Shown here: positions 39,513-48,764 of the stretch, one piece after another
How positions within the stretch are numbered: the stretch's first letter is position 1
Layout: each line of letters opens with the position of its first letter
Source: Nitrospirota bacterium
GTDB taxonomy: Bacteria; Nitrospirota; UBA9217
Direction of reading: 5' to 3'
DNA length: 64,000 nt
Assembly (NCBI GenBank): GCA_963818475.1
Contig: CAWFSF010000006.1
Span: forward strand, 96,001 to 160,000
Translations under genes and position numbers: made by a program
The notes under the pieces: model-generated
The model's input: only the letters and a program-made list of their open reading frames with translations
What the model was told of the DNA's origin: nothing
Databases searched by the model: none

Positions 39513-40460
39513 TTGGAAATGATGGCGGTTGATGCAAAAGTGGGTGTTGTGATCCCTCTGTACAACAAGGGAACCTTGGTGCGCAGAGCATTGAACTCGG
39601 TTCTTAGTCAGACCTATCAGAACTTCGAGGTAATAGTCGTGGATGACGGTTCAACCGACGAAGGGCCGGATTTGGTCCGCGAATGTTCCGATCCGAGGGT
39701 TCGATTGATAGAACAGGCAAATGCAGGACCAGGGGCAGCCCGCAATCGTGGAATTCAGGATTCGCAGGCTCCTTATCTTACTTTCCTCGATGCCGATGAC
39801 GAGTGGCTGCCTCGTTTTCTGGAAGAATGCATGGATGGCTTAAGAAGCCATCCGGACTGCGATGCTGTCATCGGTCCGACACTGTTCGGACCGGAGAGGA
39901 AAGACCACTGCCCGGTGTGGCAACAGAGGGGGATCACAGAGGGTGTCTGGTCCCTCGGGGCTGACCCCACCTGGGAACACCTGTGCCGCATGATGGATCT
40001 GTTCTCGACCGGACGCGTATTGTACCGTAGTCCGGCGGTCGTTCGATATGGAGGGTTCTACAGCAAGGACAAGTGCCGCTTCAGCGAAGATAAGTATTTA
40101 TGGCTGCAGGTGGTATTGAACCACAGAGTTTTCATTTTCATGAAGTCACTCTTCTGGTATCACTCGGAGGACTCTCAACTCTATCCGCCAAGCATGTACG
40201 GCAGGCCGGGGTTCATACCACCTGTGCTGAGCGACCCGGATGGAATACTCCGAAACTGTCCGTCTCAGTTCATGCCCATTCTTCAGAAGTACCTCTGCCA
40301 TGAGGCCATTGGTTCTTTGCATGAGAACGCCCATACGTCGCAAGCCTCCCAGGTTATTGAGATCATGGAAACGCTGCCTCTGAGACGGTCCTTTCCGTGG
40401 CGATACGCCAAGGCACGAGTCAGGACATTAATCTACCAGTCCTTCGGGGTGAAGTTGTGA
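39513..40460 (+). CDS. Glycosyltransferase family 2
   Basis: VVIPLYNK, VVDDGSTD, GPGAARNRG, FLDADDEW. Confidence 0.92.
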   Translation: MEMMAVDAKVGVVIPLYNKGTLVRRALNSVLSQTYQNFEVIVVDDGSTDEGPDLVRECSDPRVRLIEQANAGPGAARNRGIQDSQAPYLTFLDADDEWLPRFLEECMDGLRSHPDCDAVIGPTLFGPERKDHCPVWQQRGITEGVWSLGADPTWEHLCRMMDLFSTGRVLYRSPAVVRYGGFYSKDKCRFSEDKYLWLQVVLNHRVFIFMKSLFWYHSEDSQLYPPSMYGRPGFIPPVLSDPDGILRNCPSQFMPILQKYLCHEAIGSLHENAHTSQASQVIEIMETLPLRRSFPWRYAKARVRTLIYQSFGVKL

Positions 40461-41347
40461 GACGCCTTGTTCGATCCATGGTCCCACTAGCAATTCGTGA
40501 GAAATACCGCTATCTGCGCGCGTGTGTGCTCAGCCTGGGATTGCGCGGCGGCGGAAACCATGTCATGACTCTTGAAGAACGCAGGGCCAGTGCCTTCATC
40601 TCTGTGGTAGTCGCGATCCACGATGCCCCCGAGGTGACCGATCGGTGCCTGCGCAGCCTGGAGCGAAATGGCGGTGACGCCGAGGTCATCTTGATCGATG
40701 ACGGATCAAGGCTTGACCGAACACGGGAGGTGATAGATCAGGCCATTGCCAGGAACGGCTGGGCCGTGTCCCGTCATGCAACTGCCCGCGGTCACAGCCG
40801 GTCATGTGAGCAGGGGGTGAAGATGGCTCACCGGGATTATATTTGCTTTTTAAATTCGGACACTGTCGTGACTCCGTTTAGTTGGGCGGGTATGGTCAAG
40901 GCTCTTCAAACAGATCCTCGTGTCGGCGTGGTGGGCCCCTCTACGAGCAACGCGAGCACACGCCAAAAGATCCGGCGTGCGGAACTTTGCCGCTTGTATT
41001 GGACAGATGCACAGATCGACGAGTTTGCTTTCCGGCACATCACCCGAAACCAGGCAGCCGCACCCGTGGACATGGAGTATGTGGGGGGATTTGCTTTTAT
41101 GGTGACCCGAGCTGCCTGGAAAGAAAGTGGAGGGTTTGATCCGAATCTCTCCAACTTTGGCAACGAGGTCGAATTGTGCCGGCGATTGAATGGGCGAGGG
41201 TATCGGACATTATGGACGCGGTCAAGCTACATCCACCACTTCGGGGAGAGCAGCTTTCTACAGCATTTCACGTCCGAGGAACTGCACCATCAGCGCGTCA
41301 TGGCCAGCCGCTACATCCGCTCCAAGCGGGATAAGCAGGAAGCATAA
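40457..41347 (+). CDS. Glycosyltransferase family 2
   Basis: ILIDDGS, CFLNSDT, GGFDP...GNEVELC; GTG overlaps upstream TGA. Confidence 0.88.
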   Translation: MRRLVRSMVPLAIREKYRYLRACVLSLGLRGGGNHVMTLEERRASAFISVVVAIHDAPEVTDRCLRSLERNGGDAEVILIDDGSRLDRTREVIDQAIARNGWAVSRHATARGHSRSCEQGVKMAHRDYICFLNSDTVVTPFSWAGMVKALQTDPRVGVVGPSTSNASTRQKIRRAELCRLYWTDAQIDEFAFRHITRNQAAAPVDMEYVGGFAFMVTRAAWKESGGFDPNLSNFGNEVELCRRLNGRGYRTLWTRSSYIHHFGESSFLQHFTSEELHHQRVMASRYIRSKRDKQEA

Positions 41348-41351
41348 AGTA

Positions 41352-42518
41352 ATGAATACTAAGAATAACATGGCATTTAAAGCATTTAGAAAAACTATCT
41401 TCTTTAGTGACGTTTTTTTAGCCAGGCTTTTACTGCGATTAGGCTACGAAAGTAATTCTCTAATAATTCTTTGTTTTCACACCACTTTTGTATCTGAAGA
41501 AGAAAAAAAAGATAGCTTGAAAGTAGCTCTGTCTCATGATGGAATAACGCTTGATAGACTCCGAAATGTCATCAGCTATTTCCTGGCTTCAGGATACACG
41601 TTCATCTCTCCTGAAAATATGTGTGATGGCCTAAGGAACAACAAAAAATATGCAATGCTCACTTTTGATGATGGGTATGCAAACAATAAAATAACGCTAC
41701 CTCTGCTTAAACACTACAACGTCCCGGCAGTATTTTTTGTCTCAATTGGCAATGTTATAAATAACAAGTGCTTTTGGTGGGATGTCGTATACAGAGAGAT
41801 GCTCATGCGGCATTCTTCCTTAGAAGATATCAGGATCGAGATTCAGAGACTTAAAAACTGTAAAACGGAAGAAATCGATGAATACATTTACACGAATTAC
41901 GGCACGAATGCTTTCAAGCCTGTAAGTGAGTTGGACCGGCCGTTTAGTGTCAAAGAACTAAGGGAATTCTCTGCTGAACCATTAGTGTGTGTCGGGAATC
42001 ATACTTTCGATCACTCAATCCTTACGAATTATAATGAAAGTGACATCAGAGTGAAGGTCTCACGTGCGCAGGATGCTCTCTACGACATTACCCGATGCAG
42101 TATACCGATTATTTCATATCCAAGCGGACGCTATTCAAGTCAAGTAATCGACATATGCAGGGAGATGAATTTTTTGCTGGGTGTCACCGTGAAACCAACG
42201 AAGACACGTCTTCCGATATCGACTGCAAGTGACAAATTACTTACGCTTGGCCGTTTTAGTGTGAGCGGTAATGATTCAGATGTACTACACAATTGTTTTC
42301 TTGCACGTTATGATTTTAATTGTTGGACACTTTCTGCCGTAAATTTTTATAACTACTCAGGAAGGTTTATCCGCAGATTACGCCGATTGCACCGATTAAA
42401 ACAAACTGAGTTATTAATTGTCTCAAATAGACACAAAATGAAACTAATTCCCGCAGGTTCAATCGGGAATCATCCTGTGTTATGTCAATACTATTATGAG
42501 ACAGTTAATATTTATTAA
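41352..42518 (+). CDS. Polysaccharide deacetylase (NodB/CE4); C-terminus reads into a palindromic element
   Basis: LTFDDGY, PAVFFV, GNHTFDH, ISYPSG. Confidence 0.88.
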   Translation: MNTKNNMAFKAFRKTIFFSDVFLARLLLRLGYESNSLIILCFHTTFVSEEEKKDSLKVALSHDGITLDRLRNVISYFLASGYTFISPENMCDGLRNNKKYAMLTFDDGYANNKITLPLLKHYNVPAVFFVSIGNVINNKCFWWDVVYREMLMRHSSLEDIRIEIQRLKNCKTEEIDEYIYTNYGTNAFKPVSELDRPFSVKELREFSAEPLVCVGNHTFDHSILTNYNESDIRVKVSRAQDALYDITRCSIPIISYPSGRYSSQVIDICREMNFLLGVTVKPTKTRLPISTASDKLLTLGRFSVSGNDSDVLHNCFLARYDFNCWTLSAVNFYNYSGRFIRRLRRLHRLKQTELLIVSNRHKMKLIPAGSIGNHPVLCQYYYETVNIY

Positions 42519-42569
42519 AATCTGCGTCATCTGCGAAATCTGCGGATAAAAAGGGTTTCCTCAGATTAC
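42349..42569. mobile_element. Long nested palindromic element (CGCAGATTA core)
   Basis: TTATCCGCAGATTACGCCGATTGCACCGATT / AATCTGCGTCATCTGCGAAATCTGCGGATAA; inner TAATTGTCTCAAATAG / CTATTATGAGACAGTTA and ATTCCCG / CGGGAAT; left end TAACTACTCAGG resembles the ends of 55492-55624. Confidence 0.75.
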
Positions 42570-42623
42570 TGAAGAGGTACAGGTTTTTTACCATACAAGT
42601 ACAACGGGGCACTGAACGGAGCA

Positions 42624-43864
42624 GTGAAGATGAAGATAGCGTTGGCATCAGCGGAATATCCTCCTGAAACAGGCTTCGGCGGACTCGGGAGCTATGTCTA
42701 TAAGCTGGCCCACAGCCTTACAGCCCTCGGTCATGACGTCACGGTGGTTTCCAGCACGCTGAAGGAAACGGAGGTAACGACCCGAAAAGACGGCCAGGTG
42801 ACTGTTTATCGCGTTCCGAAACCGCGCTACTCTCTGAAGGGATTCGGGCGATCGATCAATAATGTAATCTATAGTTTCAGGCTGCACCGGGTCTTGAAAA
42901 AATTGGTTCGCGAACAGGGGATAGAGGTCATCCAGTTTCCGGAATATCTGGGTGAGGGACTGTTTCACAGCTTCCTGGGCCGGACCCCGTATGTTATCCG
43001 GTTTTCGACGCCCCGCTGGATGGTGGACGAATTGAATCAGGGACATTCCCTCACTGCCCGACCACGGGCCATGATCAATCACTTGTTTGACATCTGGACT
43101 GAAAATACGCCGCCGCGCCGGGGCCGGTCCTTCATCTTTCCAAGCAGAGACCTCATGGGCCTGATGGAACGCCGGATCGGACTGAAAGGTTCTAAACGGG
43201 TGATCTATCCGGGCGTGGATGTGGACCGGTTCAAACCCTGCAACGATCCGGATCTGCGCCGAAAATACGGAGTGGATGGTTCGCTCGTCGTGCTCTATGT
43301 CGGAAGGCTGGAATTCAGGAAGGGCGTCCATATCCTGGCTGAAGCGGCGTCCCGAATTGCTGATCGGTTCCCCGATGTGCAATTTGTCTTTGTCGGATCA
43401 GATACAAAATCAGCGCTGGCCGGTGGCTCGATGCGGACCTACACCGAGCAGATCTTTCGGAACAACGGGACCGGAAAGGCGTTAAAAATCATCGATTGGG
43501 TCGGACATCAGGAAATTGCCGCATTTACGGGCTGGGGGACATCCTCATTGTCCCGTCTCTCTACGAAAATCTCGCCAATGTCCTCCTGGAAGGCATGGCG
43601 GCCGGATTACCCATAATCACCACATCGAGCGGCGGATCGCCTGAGGTTGTCGTCCATGGGACCAATGGGCTCGTGGTGCCGCCGGGAGATTCTGAGGCAC
43701 TGGCGGGAGCGATATCGGACCTCTTGACGAATGCTGAAAAAAGGGACCTATTTTCCCGAAATAACCGGGAAAAGGCCCTGAAAGATCTGAGTCTCAACCG
43801 GATGGCCCTTGAGTCTCTGGAAGTTTACACCCAACTGCTACAGGGTCAAACCGGATTGGGTTAA
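42624..43864 (+). CDS. Glycosyltransferase family 4; frameshift near 43520
   Basis: EYPPETGFGGLGSY, YVGRLEFRKG, then PSLYENLANVLLEGMAAGLP in ORF 43496-43864. Confidence 0.88.
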
Positions 43865-43875
43865 GAAGGAGCGAA

Positions 43876-44209
43876 ATGCCTAAAGTTGTATTTCTGCCGG
43901 AAGGTAAAAGCGGTGAGGTGCCGGAGGGTATCAGCCTCCTTGAGGCTGCCGGGGTGTTGGGGGCGGAGTTGAACCAGGAGTGCGGCGGTGTTTCATCCTG
44001 CAGCATGTGTCGAGTCCGACTCGCCGAAGGTTCCGGCAAAACTTCCGTTCTCTCGGATATAGAGATTGATGAACGAGAAGTGCTCGAGCGTGAGCAATTG
44101 GATGGAAACTATCGGCTGGCCTGTCAGGCAAAAGGGAGGGGATGTCGTGGTCGTGGTCCCTCCTCCGGTCAAGCCGCTGGTTGACGAAGCTCTTTCTGTC
44201 TCGAAATAA
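43876..44209 (+). CDS. 2Fe-2S ferredoxin; frameshift near 44135
   Basis: ECGGVSSCSMCRV...RLACQ; one-base correction gives EGDVVVVVPPP...SK* at 44207-44209. Confidence 0.85.
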
Positions 44210-44254
44210 ATCACTTGAAAAAATTAACGCAGTAATAAAACGGAGGTTCTTACA

Positions 44255-45382
44255 ATGGATTCCGTCTGGGTCAGAAGAATTGTCAAACTGCCGCAAGGGA
44301 TAAAGACAATGGGTATGGGGCGCTACGCGAGCTACGCTGTCCGGCGGCTCGGCGAGGAACTGGCGCAGAATACCAACTTTACCCACGTCTTCGTCAAACC
44401 GAGCGTGGCGCATATCGAGCCGACCACACGATGCAACCTCAAATGCATACATTGCGACCATACTTATTGGGACCGGACATGCTCCGACCTGACCTACGAA
44501 GGCTTTCGGCAGATCATCGATCAGATGCCCGACTTGAACCGCGTGATCATGCACGGAATGGGGGAGCCGCTGCTGAACAAGGACATTTACCGGATGGTCG
44601 AGTATGCCTCGAAAGAGCGAAAACTCAAGACGATCATGAGCAGCAACGGCATGGCGCTGAACGAGGCGAACGCGCGGAAGTTGATCGCCAACGGCCTGCA
44701 GGTCCTGTCCCTTTCAGTGGACGGCGCGACCAAGGAGACCTATGAGAAGATCCGGATCCGCGGAAATTTCGACCGCCTGATCCGGAACATCAAGCGCCTC
44801 CTCGAACTTAAAAAAGAAATGAATTCCGAGACGCCCTGGACTTACATTTCTATGGTCTGCATGAAGGACAACATCCGTGAGTTTTTAAAGCTGATAGAAT
44901 TGGCGAAGGAGTTGGGCGTGGCCGCGGTGCAGCCTCAATACATGCATTTTTGGGGGAAAGACCAGGAATCAGTGGTTAAAATTCATGGTATCAATATCAA
45001 GGATGATATTCACGCGAAACAAAATCTATTCGACAACATACCGGGAGATGAGATGGCGGAGATAAGGCGGATGGCGACCGAGAAGGCGGCAGAACTCGGA
45101 GTCCGGCTGATACGGCCGTTTTTCGAGTGGGAGACCGGAGACCGCACGGTCTGTCATGTGCCATGGGTCGACATTTATATTACGGCCGACGGATACGCCA
45201 TTCCCTGTCCGATACAGGGGACCGACCCCCGTCTCGTGAATTTCGGCAACCTTTTCGAGAAGTCTTTCGGCGAGATCTGGAACGGGGAGCTCTACAAGGA
45301 CTTCAGGCGTCGGCTTGCGTCCGAGGACCCGTCACAGATCTGCAGAGACTGTGTCTATCGCAAACGCAGGTGGACGGTTTAA
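44255..45382 (+). CDS. Radical SAM enzyme with SPASM/Twitch domain
   Basis: CNLKCIHC, GMGEPLLN, SVDGATKETYEKIR, CHVPW...ITADG...PC...GNLFEKSFGEIWNG...CRDC. Confidence 0.92.
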   Translation: MDSVWVRRIVKLPQGIKTMGMGRYASYAVRRLGEELAQNTNFTHVFVKPSVAHIEPTTRCNLKCIHCDHTYWDRTCSDLTYEGFRQIIDQMPDLNRVIMHGMGEPLLNKDIYRMVEYASKERKLKTIMSSNGMALNEANARKLIANGLQVLSLSVDGATKETYEKIRIRGNFDRLIRNIKRLLELKKEMNSETPWTYISMVCMKDNIREFLKLIELAKELGVAAVQPQYMHFWGKDQESVVKIHGINIKDDIHAKQNLFDNIPGDEMAEIRRMATEKAAELGVRLIRPFFEWETGDRTVCHVPWVDIYITADGYAIPCPIQGTDPRLVNFGNLFEKSFGEIWNGELYKDFRRRLASEDPSQICRDCVYRKRRWTV

Positions 45383-45405
45383 ATGCAGGGAAAGGATGAG
45401 GGCTG

Positions 45406-46941
45406 ATGCAATCTCTCACCGCCATTAAGAACGTCCTGTTCAGTTTTGCGAATAATATAATAGGTCTGCTTGGCAGCGTGGTCCTGTCTGTCATTATTGC
45501 CCGCTACCTGGGACCGAAAAATCTTGGCGCCTATCACCTCGTGCTCTGGGCGGTCAGCATCGCCATGCTGTTCGTGAATCTCGGCATTGCGATGAGTCTC
45601 AAAAAGCACGTGGCGGAATTCCAGGGCCGGAACGATCGCCGGTCCATCGCGGGTCTGATCAACTTCCTGATACGGATACGTGTCACCGTCGCACTTGCGG
45701 TGACCTCGGTCCTGATCATTTTTTCCGGCGTCATCGCGGGTTATTTCAATCTGCCGGTTGCGCGGCAATATCTCATATGGGCGGCAATTCCGATCCTTCC
45801 ATCGGCCCTTGGCGAGATATTCAGCGCGAGCCTGCAAGGGATCCAGAAGTATCATTACTCAACGGCGATCAGCCTCGTCGTGACACCGCTGTCGTTTATT
45901 CTGTCGCTGGCGGCCTTGCTCGCTGGATACGGCATTGTCGGGCTGATGATCGTGCCCGTGTTTATTACCATCATCGGCGTCGTGGTCAACTATTGGGCCG
46001 CCAGACGCGAAGGCCTGCTGGATTGGTCCGTCCGGCTGCCCCGCGATGTGCGGTCCGGAATCGCGCGGTTCAATCTTGGGATAATCGCACTGAACTTTCT
46101 GGATACCATCGTCTGGCAGCGTTCGGAGGTCTTCTTTCTTGCAAAGTTCCGGACAGTGCAGGAGGTGGGTTTTTATTCGCTGGCATTCGGTTTTACCGAG
46201 AAGACGGTCTCCTTTTTTGCCAGCGCGATAATCAATGTGCTGATTCCGATCCATTCAAAGGCCTTCGGCGCAAAGGATCACGGCGCCATGCAGAGGATTT
46301 ATGAGAAGTCTATACAATACCTCGCGATGGTCTCCCTTCCCGTGGCGATCGGCGGCGCTGTGCTGGCCGATCGGATAGTTCTCAAAATGTACGGCACTGA
46401 ATACCTGCCGATTGCTGTGGCCATGCCGATACTTTTCCTGTCGTCGGCGGCCGGCCGGATTGGGGGAGCCTTCGCCAGCGTCATGTACAGCGCGAATATG
46501 GTGCGTATAAAAATTTATACCGCCCTTATCTGGGGCACTATCAATATTGCCCTCGACCTGCTGCTGATTCCCCGCCACGGCGTGATGGGAGCGGTAATCG
46601 CCAACAGCGCAACGCAGTTAACGGGGGTGTTCACGGGACCGTTCATCATATACTATCTTTTCCGTTTTGTTTTTCCGATCGCTGTTTTTTTGCGGGTCCT
46701 GGCCGGCGCCCTGACCATGGGTGGCGCCGTCTGGCTGCTCAAGGATCTGCTCCCCGGCACGGTTGGACTGATCGCGCTTGTGGCGATCGGGGCGATGATC
46801 TATCTCATGGCGGTGGTCCTGTTCCGCGCGGTGTCGCTGGAAGATATCGAGGTATTGAAGCGGGGCGGCGATCGCCTGCCGGTATTCCTTCAGGGAAGAT
46901 ACCGGACTATGTTGAATCTGGTGTCCCGCGTGGCGGCCTGA
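45406..46941 (+). CDS. wzx: Second polysaccharide flippase (MOP family)
   Basis: IIARYLGPKNLGAY, VGFYSLA, multiple TMs, NIALDLLLIPRHGVMGAVIA. Confidence 0.85.
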   Translation: MQSLTAIKNVLFSFANNIIGLLGSVVLSVIIARYLGPKNLGAYHLVLWAVSIAMLFVNLGIAMSLKKHVAEFQGRNDRRSIAGLINFLIRIRVTVALAVTSVLIIFSGVIAGYFNLPVARQYLIWAAIPILPSALGEIFSASLQGIQKYHYSTAISLVVTPLSFILSLAALLAGYGIVGLMIVPVFITIIGVVVNYWAARREGLLDWSVRLPRDVRSGIARFNLGIIALNFLDTIVWQRSEVFFLAKFRTVQEVGFYSLAFGFTEKTVSFFASAIINVLIPIHSKAFGAKDHGAMQRIYEKSIQYLAMVSLPVAIGGAVLADRIVLKMYGTEYLPIAVAMPILFLSSAAGRIGGAFASVMYSANMVRIKIYTALIWGTINIALDLLLIPRHGVMGAVIANSATQLTGVFTGPFIIYYLFRFVFPIAVFLRVLAGALTMGGAVWLLKDLLPGTVGLIALVAIGAMIYLMAVVLFRAVSLEDIEVLKRGGDRLPVFLQGRYRTMLNLVSRVAA

Positions 46942-47034
46942 TGAAAGATCCGGCGCGTCTGGCGGCTCAATTTGAAGGCGGTCAGGTCGGTCATAACCTC
47001 TCATCACCAGTGGCACTACAAAGGGGGCAGCTCA

Positions 47035-48045
47035 ATGACGAATATTGACATCAGCATCGTTGTTTGTACCTATAACAGGGCGTCAAGCCTGTCGGCAGTC
47101 CTTGAATCACTCGCCGCGCTCAAGACGGCGGATGGCCTGTCCCGTGAGATCGTGGTTGTGGATAATAATTCGAGCGATAACACGCCGGACGTGATCGAGT
47201 CGGTGAGGGCAGCGTATCCAGCCGTGATCCGGCATGTGTTCGAGGCCCGGCAGGGGCTGTCCAACGCCCGCAACAGGGGAATAGAAGAGGCCGGGGGAAG
47301 ATTTATTGCTTTTATCGATGACGATATTGTCGTGGACCAAAACTGGCTGAGGGAATTTTCCCGAGCATTGGTCACGTATCCGCACGCCGGGTTTGGAGGC
47401 CGGGTCGTGCCGACATGGGATTTTACCCCGCCGGCGTGGTTCATCGGCAGCGGGCCGTTCAGCATGCTGAAGGGAGGCGTGGTGCCCGGACAAGACCTTG
47501 GAGACGAGCCGCGCGAATACAGCCTGGACACAAGGAGAACCCCGTTGGGGGGGAACGTGGCGTATCGTCGGGAAGTGTTCGAACGTCACGGGCTGTTACG
47601 GACCGATCTTGGAATGACCGGGAAGCGCATTTTCTACGGGGAGGACGCGGAGTTTGGCGAACGGCTGCTCCGGGCAGGGGAGAAACTGCTCTATCTTCCC
47701 CGGGCAGTCATCTATCACCCGGTCGACAAAGCGAGGATGACAAAAAGCTACTTTACGACCTCGTACTTCAATATCGGCCGGTCGATCGGCCGGCGCGTTC
47801 ACTATTCCGAGGAAGCGGCCCGATGGTTCGGAGTGCCGCGTTATCTCATCAGAAAATTCGTCGGGCAGCTCATACGGTGTGTGGTAAGGCTGGGCTGCGG
47901 TCAATTTCCGAAAGCCTTCTACCATAAGCTGGAGAGCTACTGGTATCTTGGCCAGATTGTCGAGACGTTCCGTTTCCCTTTGTTTCAGCGCAGCGCTGGT
48001 AATCGTTTAGCGACCACGGGATTCCCACAGGGAAGAAAACAGTAA
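47035..48045 (+). CDS. Glycosyltransferase family 2
   Basis: SIVVCTYNR, VVDNNSSD, GLSNARNRG, FIDDD, GEDAE. Confidence 0.92.
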   Translation: MTNIDISIVVCTYNRASSLSAVLESLAALKTADGLSREIVVVDNNSSDNTPDVIESVRAAYPAVIRHVFEARQGLSNARNRGIEEAGGRFIAFIDDDIVVDQNWLREFSRALVTYPHAGFGGRVVPTWDFTPPAWFIGSGPFSMLKGGVVPGQDLGDEPREYSLDTRRTPLGGNVAYRREVFERHGLLRTDLGMTGKRIFYGEDAEFGERLLRAGEKLLYLPRAVIYHPVDKARMTKSYFTTSYFNIGRSIGRRVHYSEEAARWFGVPRYLIRKFVGQLIRCVVRLGCGQFPKAFYHKLESYWYLGQIVETFRFPLFQRSAGNRLATTGFPQGRKQ

Positions 48046-48075
48046 ATTATCTCTGCGAAGACGGGTCTAGATATT

Positions 48076-48741
48076 ATGGATAAACAGCTTTATACATCCG
48101 GTGAATATGTTACTCACTTTCGGCCAGACTCAGAAAAGAATTCATTCCGGGAGATCTATTCTGAGAAACGGGACTACCTGCTTCACCGGATTCCGGGAGA
48201 AAACCTTCGTATTCTCGATCTCGGCGGCGGAATGGGCAGGCTTGCTATTCCCCTCTCAAGCAAGCACCGGGTGATCCTTGCCGATCTTTCAATGGGAATG
48301 CTTCAGCTGGCTGGTGAAAACGGAACCGGATTTGAGAGGGTAAACTGCGATGCTGAGGAACTATGTTTTAAGAACGAAAGCTTTGACTGTGTACTGATTA
48401 TCGACCTGCTTCCTCACGTTTCCAATGCAATGAAGATGCTGGCTGAGATACGCCGCGTGCTGAAACCCGGCGGGATGCTGTTTATAGATAGTACGAACAG
48501 CAATCCGCTCTGGGTCTTAAATTACCCCCACTATGTAAACCCGTTACGGAGGCCGGTGCGATGGCTCCGCACCTTTTTGGGAAAAGGGATCCTGCCTGAA
48601 TGGCAGGGAAAGATACATCATCTATCCAGGAGGCGATTTGAGCGTCTGTTGGATCAATCTGGTTTTTCTGTCTTGGAGCGGGCTTCTTTTGGCCCATTTT
48701 GGTGTCCTAAATGGTTTCTAGCGGTCTGTACGATGCGATAA
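48076..48741 (+). CDS. Class I SAM-dependent methyltransferase
   Basis: ILDLGGGMG, ADLSMGML, SFDCV, RVLKPGG. Confidence 0.9.
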   Translation: MDKQLYTSGEYVTHFRPDSEKNSFREIYSEKRDYLLHRIPGENLRILDLGGGMGRLAIPLSSKHRVILADLSMGMLQLAGENGTGFERVNCDAEELCFKNESFDCVLIIDLLPHVSNAMKMLAEIRRVLKPGGMLFIDSTNSNPLWVLNYPHYVNPLRRPVRWLRTFLGKGILPEWQGKIHHLSRRRFERLLDQSGFSVLERASFGPFWCPKWFLAVCTMR

Positions 48742-48764
48742 TGTCGTAGAGAGGATCAGCAGAG

